DNA of 64,000 bases from Mustelus asterias (taxonomy: Eukaryota), in the NCBI RefSeq assembly GCF_964213995.1, contig NC_135834.1, positions 10,726,001-10,790,000 on the forward strand, in the 5' to 3' direction. A program made the translations under genes and the position numbers. Positions 36,246 through 50,204 of the stretch are shown piece by piece. The notes beneath the pieces are model-generated. The model worked only from the letters and a program-made list of their open reading frames with translations. It was not told where the DNA came from and did no database searches. Position 1 is the stretch's first letter. Every line of letters starts with the position of its first letter.

Positions 36246-39200
36246 TTGTTGACATTCATACCCTCAACCATCCAGGCCCTAAGCTCTGAAATTCCCTCCC
36301 TATTCCCCTCTTTCCTCCTTTAAGAACCTCCTTAAACCTATATTCTTAGTTAAACTTTAGGTCACTTGTCCAAAAATCTCATTTTGCTTGGTGTTGATTT
36401 TTGTCTAATTCTGCTCCTGTGAAGCAGCTTGGGGTGGTATCCTGTGTTGCAAGCATTGGATACGTTATATATCAAACTGTATCAATATAAAGAAACACCA
36501 AGTTTCATTGCTCATAACATATAACACCATCTAGATTCAAAATTAAAAGATGAATTTTCAGTGGGCATTTCTTCTGTGTATTACTGATCAAACATACAGA
36601 AAATGTAATATTCACAAACATGTCTGTGGAACGATTCGTTCCCAACACTTTGGTTGGGGGGGGGGGGGGGGGGGGGAGGAATCCAATCACAGTCATACAG
36701 CAATATAATAAAGTGTTTAAAATTATAAAAGAATGGGATAGAGTAGAAGACGTTCAGTCAAGAATTGAAGGTTTTAGAGTTGAGTTCACTTTCAGCATTC
36801 ATGGTTCATGTAGAAACTCAACATTTGAGATGGGTTTGAATAGGTCAATGAAGGAAAAGGAATTGAAGGCTAATGGAAATGGTGAGTAAATGTGATTTAT
36901 AGAACTGTTCGCCTGGAACTTAAATGTGAATGCAGAATTGTTGGGTCGACTGGCCTGTTTTTGTGGTGTAATTCTTGTGTAAGACTGGAATTGGAAACTT
37001 GTGATGTGGTACAAAGGGTGCAACACCAGCATCCTGTTTGCTCTTCTTCCCAGGTATTCCTGTAAAAAGTATGTGGTAGAGTGAGATTGGTTTCTCAGAA
37101 TAGTACACACACTATCCCAATGGTGTACACACACTGCATTCTATTGATATGTGTTGAGAACAGTTGTTTTACCAGATTCTGGGCCTCTAAACTGTCACCT
37201 CTATGGAATTCTGCCACATAGAACTCCATTTTTGAATCTTACAGGGAGTTTGTACTTTGTAATATTTGGGACTTGTAGCCTGGACTTTGATCTGCCTTAA
37301 TTTATATTGCTTACCTAAAACAAATCAGATGGGGAAGCAGGTTCTTCTTGTGAGAATCATAAATGCTGTATTATTGCCTATCAGTTGCCTCCTGTTAGTC
37401 GGCTTTATAATTTAAAACTGCTGGTTGTTGGGTCTAATCTAGGAGCAGACATTTTGTAGTGCTCCAGCATTATCTCACAAAAGTTCTGCCTCACTAACAT
37501 GAGTGAGCACTGCCCATTTATCAGATCGTTGGCGTAGAACTCAATGACAACAGGTCAGGGAGAGTTCTCTGCGAAATGTCTGGTATCTCTTCGTAACAAT
37601 TTAGATTTTTGTGACAGTTCAATAGATTACACGTTCTTTGATTACAGGATTAACCTTAAATGTGACTTCAATCCAAACTTTACAAACATTGTCCTCGGCG
37701 AATAATGCAACAGTAAGCCTTATTTTATGCAGTCCATTATCAAGTATGTTCCATGGATTCCTGTTACTGAAGTTTGACTGTGGGTTAACGTTTTAGCCCA
37801 ACAGTTGGATTTCCCCAGCAATGCAAGAGTATGCTTTTTTTTGTTAAATTTAATAGAGTTGGTAACCTGTTGTATATTTAGTGCATAAATTAATACAACA
37901 GTGTAAATTTATAGAGTAATATCTTGCAATGCTATATTCCACTCTGCCACAGCAGTGTAAAAGCTGTCATCAAAGTCACATGATGACCTCTCTGACTATG
38001 ATAGGGTTCATTTTCCCTGGTTGTCCAACATCCAAACTTGGATGAGCCGTATTCATTTCTGTTAAACATCGATAAACTGCATTTCTGTTTCCATCACAAA
38101 CTTCGGTACCTTTCGCCATCGATTCCATCTCCCTCCCTGCTTGCTGTCTATGTGAACCAGACTGTTCCTGTCTTGACCTTGAGCTGAGTTTTCGATTCTA
38201 TATCCTTCATCACAAAGACTGCCTACTCTAACTTTATGATATCACCCCTCCCCTCCCATGCTTGCATCATCTCATCAGCTGAAACCCTTATCTGTGCACT
38301 TGTCACATCCAGACTCAATTGTTCCAATGCTACGACCCTCCATCCACTGTTAACTTTAGCTCATTCCAAGTTCTGCTGCTCATGTATTTCACACCAGGTC
38401 CTGCTCAATCATCACCACTGTCTTCACTGATCTGCATTGGCTGTCAATCCACCAACACCTCCAGTTGGTCGTTGGAGGAGTTGCCACTGCTCCTATTTTC
38501 TTATTCATCACCGGAGCTCCCGCATTTCTGCCCAGACTCCTGAACCAGGTCATTTCCGAAATGTGGAGCGTACCTTTCCTCTTGAGTCCTTTCCCAAAGT
38601 GCAGAATCACTGGGAAAAAGCCAAGCACCCCCCACCCGGCCTCTCCTTTCATGGACTCTAGCTGTTGTATTTTGGTGCATCTTCTTTCAGCAACACATTG
38701 GGATATTTAAATAGCTTTTCATTGTGTTAGTAGTGAATGTGTGTGAGGAAGGTGGCCAGGATGCCAGCTGGTCAGGTTGGTAGGGTGGTGAGGTCAGGTC
38801 GAGTGGGGTGGGGGGGGAATTGGAAGGGGGGGGGTTGTGTTTGTGGGTGGGCAGGGGTCAGCATGATGGGGGTCAATTTAATAGTTACCCATAAGTTGTA
38901 CATGGTTTTTTTTCAGTCTAATGTTTATAAATGTTATTTATAAATATGGTAAATATCTAGGTGGTGAGTTGGAACTCTCTGAAGTCTGACTCTACTTCAG
39001 AGTTGCAATCTTCAGAGGGTGCTGGGGAGCAGGGGAATATCCCATTGGAAGTTGAAACTTTTGGGGAATTTCACATGGAGTCCTTAAGTTGGAACTTCTG
39101 AGGGGTCTCACAGTGCATCTTCAGGGTACATCCGTTCTCTGATCACCTGGAGAACAAAACGTCTGGGCCATTGTATTTAAATGCCCATATGGCCACCTGT

Positions 39201-42200
39201 CTTCCTATCTTTGTAGTCCCCTGCATCCCACCAGCCCCTTTCTTCTCTTCCTGTTGTGGTCATGTTTTCACATATCCAAGTCCCATTTTCTAAATAGCAA
39301 CCACCTGCCTCTCCTTTAAAATTGACCTCGATTTTTATCCGCCCTCCTTTGACTCTGTGTCCAGTTGTGTTTGCTTATGCATCTATGAAGTGCTTTTTTG
39401 AGGTTTTTATGCATTACCTTTTACAAATGCAAGTACTTGTTAAATGTTAACCTGTTTGTATTATTTTACAACTTTTTATTCCGAGCAATTAAAAGTTTTG
39501 CATACTTAAACATTTTAGTTGTGACTATCTTCAATGGTAAGTATTAAAAGCATGCAATATTTCTGGGGCCCTACTGTGTTCATTTTGAGCATTCCTGAAC
39601 AACTTTTTAAAAATTGACAGCGCAGGATTAAATTCCATTACTTTGGGCAGATCATTATTATAAAATGAGGGAAAGATCCCATCTCTACCATGTTATTTTA
39701 ATGTTTCATTTTGAAAGTCATGCAAAACATTATGTATCTTCAGAAATGATCCTGAATGGCTAAAGTTTGAACAGTAACTGGTTAATGAAGTGGATAAATG
39801 TGTGTTTCCAGTTCACTATTATATTTGATATAACTGAAATATGTATAGAATTTGAGAAAAACTTGCATCTTACAGAGAATGGGTGAAAACAAAGGAAAGC
39901 GATTGAATAAACTGCTGCATCCAGATGATTGCTGACCAAGAACGCTAATGATCTATTGAAAACCTGCGTTCCAACAAATTCAATTGTTTGACCTTTAGAA
40001 GTATTGATATCTATTAATTGTAATAGTTAATGTTTTAGAGAGTCTTGTGTTGAATTAGGATACCTTGAGCTGACTAATCAGTTAATTCCAAGCTCAAATG
40101 AATGTTTTCTTTTAATAGGCTGGTTGTGCTTGTGCTGAGAGATTCAGGACGAGTGGAAATGAGCTTTATTTCTGATTTCTAATGTGTATGTGTCTTTGTT
40201 GATTTGCTTTGACATTTGGGAACAGGCTGCATATATATTTTATATTTGGAATACTGTTAACACAAATCTCAACTCGCAGTTTTTAAATTTCTAGCTTGTA
40301 CAAGATTGCTGAAAAGCTTTATGTTAATACAATTTTCACAGACCTGTTTTGAATGATGAGTACTCTTGTGATTGTGCTTATTCGAGTTGGCTTTCTATGA
40401 TTCCAAGCAACAGAAGAGTCACAAGAGTGGTGCAAAATTGGGGAGTTGCCAGGACAAGCACCTTCTGCAGGGACACCTCAAAATTAGAATGCTAAACATT
40501 TTGCAACATGTTATCTACACTGATGCATTAATAAAAGATGGCTCTGCAATATGTAATGTATCAGCTCAGTGATTCCCAAAATATTTTCCAATGTGACCCT
40601 CGCACTAACAAAGCTGTAACAAAGCGGCACAATAATAATCAGGATATAGTTATTAAAGTTTGTGTGTTTATAGGTCAACTTCTTTCTTTTTTACAAGTAC
40701 TTAATAATGTTATTTGTATACTCCCTGGCATTACAAGTCAAATAAAATTCCATTTTCTACTGCGGATTTCAGATAACACAAAATAATATTCATAGTCCTA
40801 GAGGCTGCAGTTTCAGTGTGGATTCTGCTGCACGCAATGCAGCTTTGCAATAAAATGAATTTAATTCCCATGGTAAGTAACAACTGAATATGGAGTCGTG
40901 CTCCTCCCAACCCAGGGTAAGTGGAGTGCTTTTGAGCAGATATGGGGCATAACGTGACAGTTGCTGACCATTGAAGTTTCAGCCAAGTTCTCCAGACTTC
41001 CTAGTTTTTCCTGCACTCTGTACATGGCAGTCAGTCAGTAAGTTACACTTGCTGGCCTCTGTCTGCAGCAAGTCAGCGCACAAACGTCCTAGCCTGCTTA
41101 ACGCTTGCCGCCGAACATGTTTTCTGAGGTTAAAGAGCGCTTTGGTCTTGCCATCTGCCCCTTGCTATTTGGTGGCATCAATCCAGTGGGCCCAGGGCTG
41201 TCCTGCCAGAACCTCCGGACTGGGTAGTCTTCTCCACGGTTGCCATTGCTGCCTCAGAAGAGAGGAAGCTTGCCACCCTCATTCTATCTGTGATCCCTTT
41301 GGGGGTTGCAACCACACTTTGGGAACACCTGTAGCTGATTTTGACAAGGAAACAGGTAATGCTTGTGTAAAACTTTGTGATTTAACACTTCATGTACTCA
41401 TGACTTCTATTGCCTCATCGAACAGCAAAATTCATGTTCCAGTGCTAAAATATTCTCAAGTTATTGATGATTGGAGCTTGAGGCTATATTGCACAAATTA
41501 AAGAAAAATAAGTGGCTAACACTAAAGATTTTCTGTGGCTGGTTTCAAGAGTTTGCGGAACCCAGAAAGTGCGTTGACATCTTGCTCAAGGTTCCCAAAC
41601 ACTTTTTTTTTTTGCTGAGCCCTCAAGCACGTGTCTCCTCACTTGCTTCAATTGAGTAATTTGGGTGTATGTTTTGGGAATGCTTGAATGCATTAATTTA
41701 AAATACACCAGCAACAACTTTACCATATTGTGACCTTTGTGAACCATTACCACTTTTAGATTGTACCTTTTTAATACAGGAAAACATCTGAGGGTATTCC
41801 ACAGAAATGAAATTGGGCACTAAATCAAAATGAAAGTTATTAAGAGGGTTGATGAGGCCTTTCCATTCACTATGGAACTGTGGAATCTTACAGCACAGAA
41901 GGAAGATATTGGGCTCATTGTGTCCTTTCCAGCTCTTAGAACGAGCTGTCTAATTTAGCCCCACTTGAGAGCATTTTCCCCCATAACCTTGCACGTTTGA
42001 TTTCTTTATGTCCAGTTGCCTTTTGAAATGTCACCCTTTCAATAGTGCATTTCAGGTTTTAACAATTTTCTAGCAACAAACTCTCCTAATTATCTTTCTA
42101 TTTCTTTTGCTAATTATTTTAAATCTATATCCTCTAGTTACCCATCTCGCACTGAGAAGTGACCTTGTGCCTCAGTTGAAACACATTCCTGATGATTGTT

Positions 42201-42835
42201 GGCAATTGCGCTCACATGTTGCAATCTTTTGGATTACTTCTTTTGTAAATCTGTTAAATATACTAAAAGAACAATTCAGTATGTGACCACTGTAAAGCAA
42301 ATATTCACTGGTCAAATTTACTGTTACTGACCAAATAGATTGTCTCATTTCTTTTAAAACTATAGCTTAGTTTAGTTTCTCTCTCTGGAGCCTCAATATT
42401 AAGCTTTTGGCTCTGAAATTCTTTTAGTAATTTACATAAGTGCAAGCAATATTCCACAGGATGGGAGGAAAAACCTGGGTTACATCACCAGCTCTCAAAG
42501 GTTATGGGTTATGTTTTTGAAATCATTGAAAAAAAATAAACTTTAAAAGGATGAAATTTCTCAGAATTGTGTGTTAGGACTAAAATATTTTTTGGCTTTA
42601 ATGTTTGAGGTAGTATCGAACCATCTCAGTTGCGTGCGCTACAGGTATACCGTTGGTTGGTTTTGTGGCAGAACTAATTTGAGTCAGGTTAATTCGTTCT
42701 TCCACACTGCTCAATTTTTAAACAAAAAATCTTACTTGCTGAATTCTTTGTGTCCTTATTTTGTGATCTGTTCTAAATTATTGTGCATGTCTGTCCTTGC
42801 TTGCTGTGAAGCCTGTAAACTGGGCATGGCATACA

Positions 42836-43263
42836 GGAGATCCTATGAGGAGAGGCTGAGGGATTTGGGATTGTTTTCGCTGGAAAGGCGGCGGCTAAGA
42901 GGGGATCTTATTGAAACATATAAGATGATTAGAGGTTTAGATAGGGTGGATAGTGATAGCCTTTTTCCTCTGATGGAGAAATCCAGCACGAGGGGGCATG
43001 GCTTTAAATTGAGGGGGGGTAGTTATAGAACCGATGTCAGGGGTAGGTTCTTTACCCAGAGGGTGGTGAGGGATTGGAATGCCCTGCCAGCATCAGTAGT
43101 AAATGCGCCTAGTTTGGGGGCGTTTAAGAGATCCGTAGATAGGTTCATGGACGAAAAGAAATTGGTTTAGGTTGGAGGGTCACAGTTTTTTTTTTTTAAA
43201 CTGGTCGGTGCAACATCGTGGGCCGAAGGGCCTGTTCTGCGCTGTAATGTTCTATGTTCTATG
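42836..43263 (+). mobile_element. Young CR1 3' fragment in intron 1
   Basis: SYEERLRDLGLFSLERRRLRGDLIE...FFTQRVVRDWNALP; (tgttcta)n tail. Confidence 0.9.
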
Positions 43264-44459
43264 TGAGCTGAAATCAGCTTGACTTGATGAGGTATAATGA
43301 AAAGGTTTTTTCCAGAGACTTTTGTCCTGCCATCTCTCCTCCTATGGTCTAATCTGATTTTGGAGAAGTGTTCCACGTGACGGGAGTGTAACAGCCTCTA
43401 GTCAAGCCAGAGCTGCCACAAAATCAAGCTGGTGATACTCTGCCAAGTTTGTGAACGAATCATGCTGCTTAGCAAGTTACTTCTGGTCTGCTGCTACCTG
43501 TGGACCCAGAGAAGGGGAAAATAATGCACTCTTCGGCATGCATCTGTGTGAGGAAAATCAGCATTAGTTCCCCAGGGAGGAAAACCAGCCAAACTAGGAC
43601 AGCGATACTTGTGTGTCCTGTGGTTTTACTGTATGCCATGCCCAGTTTACACTTTAATCTCTCTGGGGATTTTTCCTTCTGAAATGACTGAAAAGTGGCT
43701 GCTTCAACTTTAGAAGCTTGGCTTAAACCTGTGGTAAAGCAGAAACAGATTTCTCAGAAAAGTGTAGTGGGTGGGGTGGTGATTCTGGCTTCTGTACATG
43801 AGGGGAGGAAAGGCATAAGAATTCTCTTATCTTTGTTCACTTGTGCATTGTCCTGGAATTTTCCATTGCTACAGACTTGCCTTCCACGACAAAATTCTGT
43901 TACCTGCAAGATTTTCATAATTCCCTGTCTGTTCCTATAAAGAGATAGTGATATAACATACGTTCTTGGGAAGGATAAAATGATGACCAGGAGTATGCAG
44001 TGCAAGCCATTGAGAATATTGGGTGGAGTGCATATTGTGCGTATAAATTTTTACGCAGGTCTCCTTTTGTAATTCATGGTAATTCGCAGAATATGCTGTT
44101 TTATACGGAGAGGGTATTGTGCCATTTGATGCAGAATGTATTGTGTTGTATCTGTCTCTTTAATGACACAAGTTCCAGTTGGTGTAATAAACTATGCTCA
44201 TTTCGATACTAATTGATCTCGAGCAATATGCTGGGGAAATTTCTATAGGTTAAAAATGACTGGTTTGCTATCTCTCCAGGGCTTGCATTTGCTGGTCAAA
44301 TATGATGGATATTTTCAGAACTTGATTCTAAAAGCTCTTGCAATTCTGTAACTGCTGGTCTGCCTTAATCGTGAAGAATGTGTAAGGAGATAAAGTACTT
44401 TTTGTCAAGAGGCTGTTTACATTTATTGCAAGATTTGTGACTGTTCCCCTTTTTTTTTG

Positions 44460-45670
44460 TGCCGTGTTTTAAAACGGGTGCGAGGGATAGACAAGAAAAC
44501 CTATAGGTCTGTCAGTCTGACTTTAGTGGTGGGCAAATTATTGGAAACAAATGCTGAGAGACAGTAAAATCTGTCACCGAAGTACAGATTGATTAGGAAT
44601 GGTCAGCGTGCTTTTGTTAGGGGAAGATCGTGTCTTCCTAACTTAAGTAACCAGGAGGATTAACATAGTACAGTGGGTTGTCTAAATGGATTTCAGTAAG
44701 GCATTTGTCAAGGTCCCATATGGCAGGCTGGTCAGAAAAGTGAGATCTCGTGCGATATGGGAAGGCGGCGGGTCCGATCCAAAATTGGCTCAGTGACAGG
44801 AAAAAAAGGGTAATGGTTGATGGATGCTTTTACAAATGGAAAATAGTTTCTAGCGGTGTTCCACAGTACTCAAATGTCAGGGTGTAGGCAGAGATGTGGC
44901 AAATGGAAGTCAATCAGGAAAAGTCTTGAGGTAATATATTGGGGAGGGCAAGCAAAGCAAGGGAATACTCAATAACAGGAAGATATTGAGAGGGTTGAGA
45001 AAGTGAGCGACCTTAGCGTGCGTGTTCATAGGTCCTTTAAGGTGGCAGGGCAGGTGGTCAAGGAGACATAAAATATTTTCCTTTATTGGGCAAGGTATTG
45101 AATACAAAAGCAGGGATGTAATGATGGAACTATATAAAACGCTGGTTAGGTCACGGCTCGAGTGTTGTGTACAGTTCTGGTCACCACATTATAGAAAGGA
45201 TATAAGGGCTTAATGCTCGAGAGAGAGAGTGAAGAGGAAATTTACAAGAATTATATCAGAATTTGAAAATTGCAGCAATGCGGAGAGGTTGGATAGGCTA
45301 GGGTTGTTTTCCTTAGACTAGCAGATGTGAAGGGGTGACCTAATCGAGGGTCCTAGATAGGGTAGAGAGGAAAGACTTGTTTCTCCCAGCTGAGGGGGCA
45401 ATTACCAAGGGGCATAGAGTTAAGGTGATTGGTAGAAAGATTAGAGGTGACATGAGGGAAAACTTTTTCACTCCGAATTGGGTGGTTGAGGCTGAAACAC
45501 TTCACTTGATTAAAAAGCATCTGGAGCTGCGCCAACTGCTGTAACCTGCAAGGCCACAGTCCAGGTGCTGGAAAGTGGGATCACGATGAGCGGCTAGTTT
45601 CTTTTTTGGGTTTTTTTTGCCAGTGAGTTGCAATGGCTGCTGGCTTTTTTCCTGCACTAACCTTTTCTAT
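44460..45670 (+). mobile_element. Degenerate CR1 LINE in intron 1
   Basis: DFSKAF-like motif, LYKTLVRSRLECCVQFWSPHY, and a 3' end. Confidence 0.8.
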
Positions 45671-46024
45671 GTTTGCTTTCTCGCTGCGATTTGAGGCACT
45701 GCAGCCTTGCCGTAAAATTTGCCTGGTTAGGAAGGTAACCTCATTACCAGAGGAAAGCAATTTTCACGGGAGTATTAGTTTAGTCAATGCTCTAATATTC
45801 AGTACTTTGGGATTGAATTTTTATTTTTGTCTTGAAATCAGAATTATAAGGAGGTTCTGTGCACACAAAATTGGTGGTGAAAAGGGTGCAATGTGGGGAA
45901 GGAGCAATCAGGATGTCAACCCAGGGTCTGTTTTAATGAATAAGCAATGAACATACTTGATATAGTGTATTAATGTTACATCTGTGTGCAAAAGACATTA
46001 ACAATTCTAACTCCAAATGTATAG

Positions 46025-46162
46025 GGAAGAAGAAGCAGAAAAAGGGAAAGACTCTTACCCTGACTGATTTTCTGGCAGAGGATAGTAGTGGGTCTACTCA
46101 GTTCTACATTCCCTCAAAGCCTGTCAGCTGGGCAGATGAGACTGACGACTTGGATAGTGAAG
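46025..46162 (+). CDS. EIF4B: eIF4B coding exon 2
   Basis: ag|GKKKQKKGKTLTLTDFLAED...KPVSWADETDDLDSE|gtaagc; 138 nt, phase 1-1. Confidence 0.95.
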
Positions 46163-46244
46163 GTAAGCAATCAACAAATGTAATTTCTAACCTATAATAT
46201 GGGTAATTCAACAGCTGAGTGGAAAATGCATGTAGCAGTAAGTT

Positions 46245-46815
46245 CTTAATTATTTCATGGAAATGTGAACATCATCAGCAAGACCAACACGTGTTGCGCA
46301 TTTCTAATTGCTCTTGTTAAGGTGGTGGTGAGCAACCACCTTGAATCCTTGCAGCCCATTTGGTGTGGGTAAACCCTCTGTTTGGAGGGATTTTAAATCC
46401 AGTAATGGTGAAGGAGTGGTGATATAATTCCAAGTCAGGATGGTGAGTGGCTTTGAAGGGATCTTGCGGGTGGTGGTGTTCCCATGCATCTGCTGCACTT
46501 GTCCTAGGTGGTGGAGGTCGTGGGTTTGGAAGGAGCCTTGGTGAGTATCTTATAGATGGTAAACACTGCAGCAACATTGCACTGGAGGAAGTGAATGTTT
46601 AAGGTGGTGAATGGGGTGCCAGTGAAACAGGCTGCTTTATCCTGGATGTTGTTGAGTGTTGTTGGAGCTGTCCTCATCCAGACAAGCGCAGAGTATTCCA
46701 GCACACTCCTGACTTGTGCCTTGTCTCTGATGGACAGGCCTTGGGGAGTTAGGTGATGAGTTACTTGCTGCACAATTCCCAGTCTCTGACCTCTTGTGGA
46801 TGGTCCAATTCCATT
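46245..46815 (-). mobile_element. CR1-type 3' fragment (resumes at ~49795-49930 after the L1 insert)
   Basis: KAQVRSVLEYSALVWM...IQDKAAC; same family as 7075-9545. Confidence 0.75.
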
Positions 46816-49790
46816 TTTTAAAAATATATTTTGATTGAAAGTCTTTCTAATTTTACAAATAACGTGACACCCTCAAAAATGGTATGGCACAGTTTGATCG
46901 TTTCTCCATATACGAATATAGAAAAAGACAGGAGGAAGCCAACGCAGTTCGTTCAGTAAACCCGGCGATTCCACATACAAATAACAGGATGGGGGAAAAG
47001 AGGATTAAAGCAATGGAAACATTGCAAAGTGATGCATACCCTCGCATATAGTATGTTAGAGGCAATGCTACATGGCCTACAAAAAACCTTGTGGGAGTAA
47101 GTCAGACATTACGGAACCTGTATATTTTAGATAGGGGCGCAATACTTTCTGGAATGCATCCAATTTGGATCGGAGTATACAGGTTAATAATTCCGTTGGG
47201 ATTCATTTCATAATTTTATGCCAATTCTGAACAGAAGAAGACTTATCGCTATTCCAGGCGCAAAGAATATTCTTCCGTGCTGCAAATATTACATATTGTA
47301 CAGCCTTTTCTCATTGGTGTCAATTATCTTTTTGTCTGGGAATCAAGTACAAAGGATCAAATTCTTAAGACCCTATCTGATGTCTTCTCAAGCTCTAAGT
47401 ATGCCAATCAGTAGGATTTAATTTTGACACCGAACTAGAGATGATTGGCGGAATTTTCCAGCATTCATGTCAGCGGGATTCTCTGGTCCTGCTGCAGTGA
47501 ATGGAGATTTGACTGAGTGCCAAATTGTCCCTCCTCGCTGGCAGCGGGGCGTGAACGGCCAGAGAATTCCAGCCAATGTGTGTGGTCGCCTCTCTCCAAT
47601 TTTCATTTTTGGCACAGTGAGGATATAGAATCAAAAATCATAGAATCCCTACAGTACAGAAGGAGGCCATTCTGTTGACATTTTCCCAGGATCACCAAGC
47701 CTCCTAGCATATTCGCACAGGATCTAAAACATAATGTGCCATAAAATTCACTGAATTGCTTTGGTTCCGTAGCTGTCAGGATTTTTTCCACCAGGGAAAC
47801 ACCTGCATCAAGATACAGTGATGCCTTATTAAGGATGAAGTCTCTGAGTTGTAAATATCTGAAAAAGGAGTATCTCGGGATTTCATATTGTTGACACAGT
47901 TGCTCAAAAGATAACATGGAGGCACCACTAAACATGTCGCCTCACCTAATGATTCCCCAAACCTTCCAAATATCAAAACCATGGTCTGCAAGACCTGTTG
48001 GGAAATCTGGGTTACCCTGAATGGGAGAGAGAGTAGAAGTCAAATTAATCTTCCTTCCAATAGACCATTCTCCATCTCTCGGAATGTTAATGATTATTGG
48101 ATTCTCTCATTTGTCAGACACAGTCTTGAAATCCTTAAACAACAGAGCTTGTAAGGAGTACTCAGACCGGCCAGTTTCAATATCACGCCAAATGGAGGTG
48201 AAGTCCCTTCTTAGCCACTCTCGTATTAATTGAAGATAAGAGGCTAATTGATACATCTTACTATTCAGCACCCCTCAATGCCCCCCTTTGAACTAGGAAG
48301 CTGCAATTTGGTCAGTTTTAAGCAAAATCTCTTTTTGTTCCATATAAAGTAATTAAACACCCCATTGATTTCGTTGAGGACCTTGGCAGAAAGCAAAATT
48401 TGTAGCATCACTAAAGGATACAGCCATCTAGGCAGCGCATTCATCTTGTTTATGTCAGTAACGAGGACCAATAACGTAGGTCCCACTTAATAGACACGAG
48501 TGAGGGGGGAGGGTTTGCCTTCTATAACTTAGAATGAGGGGGCAATGGAGATACCCTGAGGGGGGACCATCTAAGTCTTCCCAAGGGCACCATAATAGCA
48601 GGAACAGAGACGCGCGTCTTAATAGCAACACATCATCCACATATAAGATGATATTGTGTTGCTTTCCACCAGTGGACACTCCAAATACCGAAGGATTATG
48701 TCTAATTGCCTCTGCTAGGAGCTCAATAACTATTGCAAACAATTAACGGGCAACCCTGCCTGGTTCCTCGCTGAAGACTTAAAATGATCAGATCTATAAA
48801 CGTTAGAAAGAATTACCCCCTGTGGATTTTTATAAAGCACTTGTATAACCTCCTAACATTGTTACATGAATTCTGGCCTATTATGAACCCAGTCTGATCG
48901 CCCTGGATAATCAAGGGGAGGACTTTGTCTCAACCCAACATCAGTATTTTGGATAACAATTTCAAACTTCAGCAAAGCTCTTGTGCCTCTGTTGTATCGG
49001 CACTGAAAAATCATAAAGGAAAGAAACCTTTGCTCTATCATGGAGCAAGGCCTCATTACGTCTAGCTGCCTTCAATACTCTTGGTGATCCTTGAAGTTAT
49101 GAAAATGCATAATTATGGGCTGGGGTCATTGATTGTCCCTAGGCCTGGGAGACAGGAAACTATGTGCCCTCTCTAACTTAATGCGCCCAATGTTCATTTC
49201 TAAATTAAAGAATTTGCAAGCTTACCCTCGATTCCTGGCAAACTGATGATCCAGACATTTTTCCTCCGGCCTCGGTTCTCCAGATCATCAAGGAATTCTG
49301 ACATACCATGTCGCTCTTTTCCAAGGATTGTAAGCAGGCCTCAGCTGAGGAAGCTGCATTTTCGACAGTAACAATTCTCTCCTCCGCTTCATCAAGCCTT
49401 TTGCCAGTATTCTGCAATCCTATAGTATAAGCATTGATACTTTGCGCTAATAGACAGAGTTTCTCATCAATGACCTTAATAATATTAGCAGTCCGTTGTG
49501 ATGCCTTCGAGAGTGCCGGATTGAGAGCCTGTTTGCTCACTAAGTCGCCATGTTGAGGAGTCGGCTCCACCCCAGTTACTTCTGACTGCTCTCTTTTGAC
49601 GATTTTCTTCATATTTCTCGCCATTTTGTCACCAACATTTAACCAGAAATCTCCTAGGGATATCATATGGAGTTTTCACTCCAGGATTAGGTAGGTACAA
49701 GCTGTGCAAACTCGGTGGATGAAAGGATGATGGGCTAATAGCGCCAGAGCTCATGGAAACACAGCTATTCCTATGCTTGCATCACGTGAT
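46816..49790 (-). mobile_element. Degenerate L1/Tx1-clade LINE in intron 2 (ORF1 plus broken ORF2)
   Basis: ORF1-like coiled coil in 49205..49666 (KRLDEAEERIVTVEN). ORF2 pieces: FAIVIELLAEAIR, LYVDDVLL, KMNALPRWLY, LPSSKGG, FFRYLQLRDF. A-rich 3' end near 46816-46835. Confidence 0.8.
47448..47574. mobile_element. Short MITE (same family as 27875) inside the L1
   Basis: TIRs ggcggaattttc / gagaattccagcc; shares the internal motif gctgcagtgaa(c/t)ggaga. Confidence 0.7.
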
Positions 49791-50204
49791 CCCCTTCAGT
49801 TCAATTTCTGGTCCATGGTTAACCCCATGGATGTTGATGGGTGATCTAGCAACCGTAATGCCACTGAACGCCAATGGCCGATTGTTAGATGGTGGTCATC
49901 ACCCAGCGCTTGTGTGGCGCAAATGTTATTTGCTGCATCAGAAAGGTGGACTGAATGTACGTGCTATAAGGTCACGATTTAGGCTCAACAACAGATGGTT
50001 TATTGAAACAAAATGGGTAAATGACCATTATGTAGTATGAAATGATAAATCTCACACCACTATTCTTCGTGTTGCATCAAATAATGCCACTTGCTCTCTG
50101 AGCAAATGCTTGAACACAAACTCACTTTTTATACTGTGAAACATGTGGCTTTGAACTGGTTTAGCTTCCCTGTTGGTTGGCATGATGCAGAACTTTTCTA
50201 AACC

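Noticed and set aside
40971-41501. 176-aa ORF in intron 1
   Set aside because: Non-ATG start, no recognisable domain and no convincing splice sites; possibly an old repeat remnant.
42571-43170. 199-aa ORF as a chimeric gene
   Set aside because: A chance open frame running into a CR1 3' fragment.
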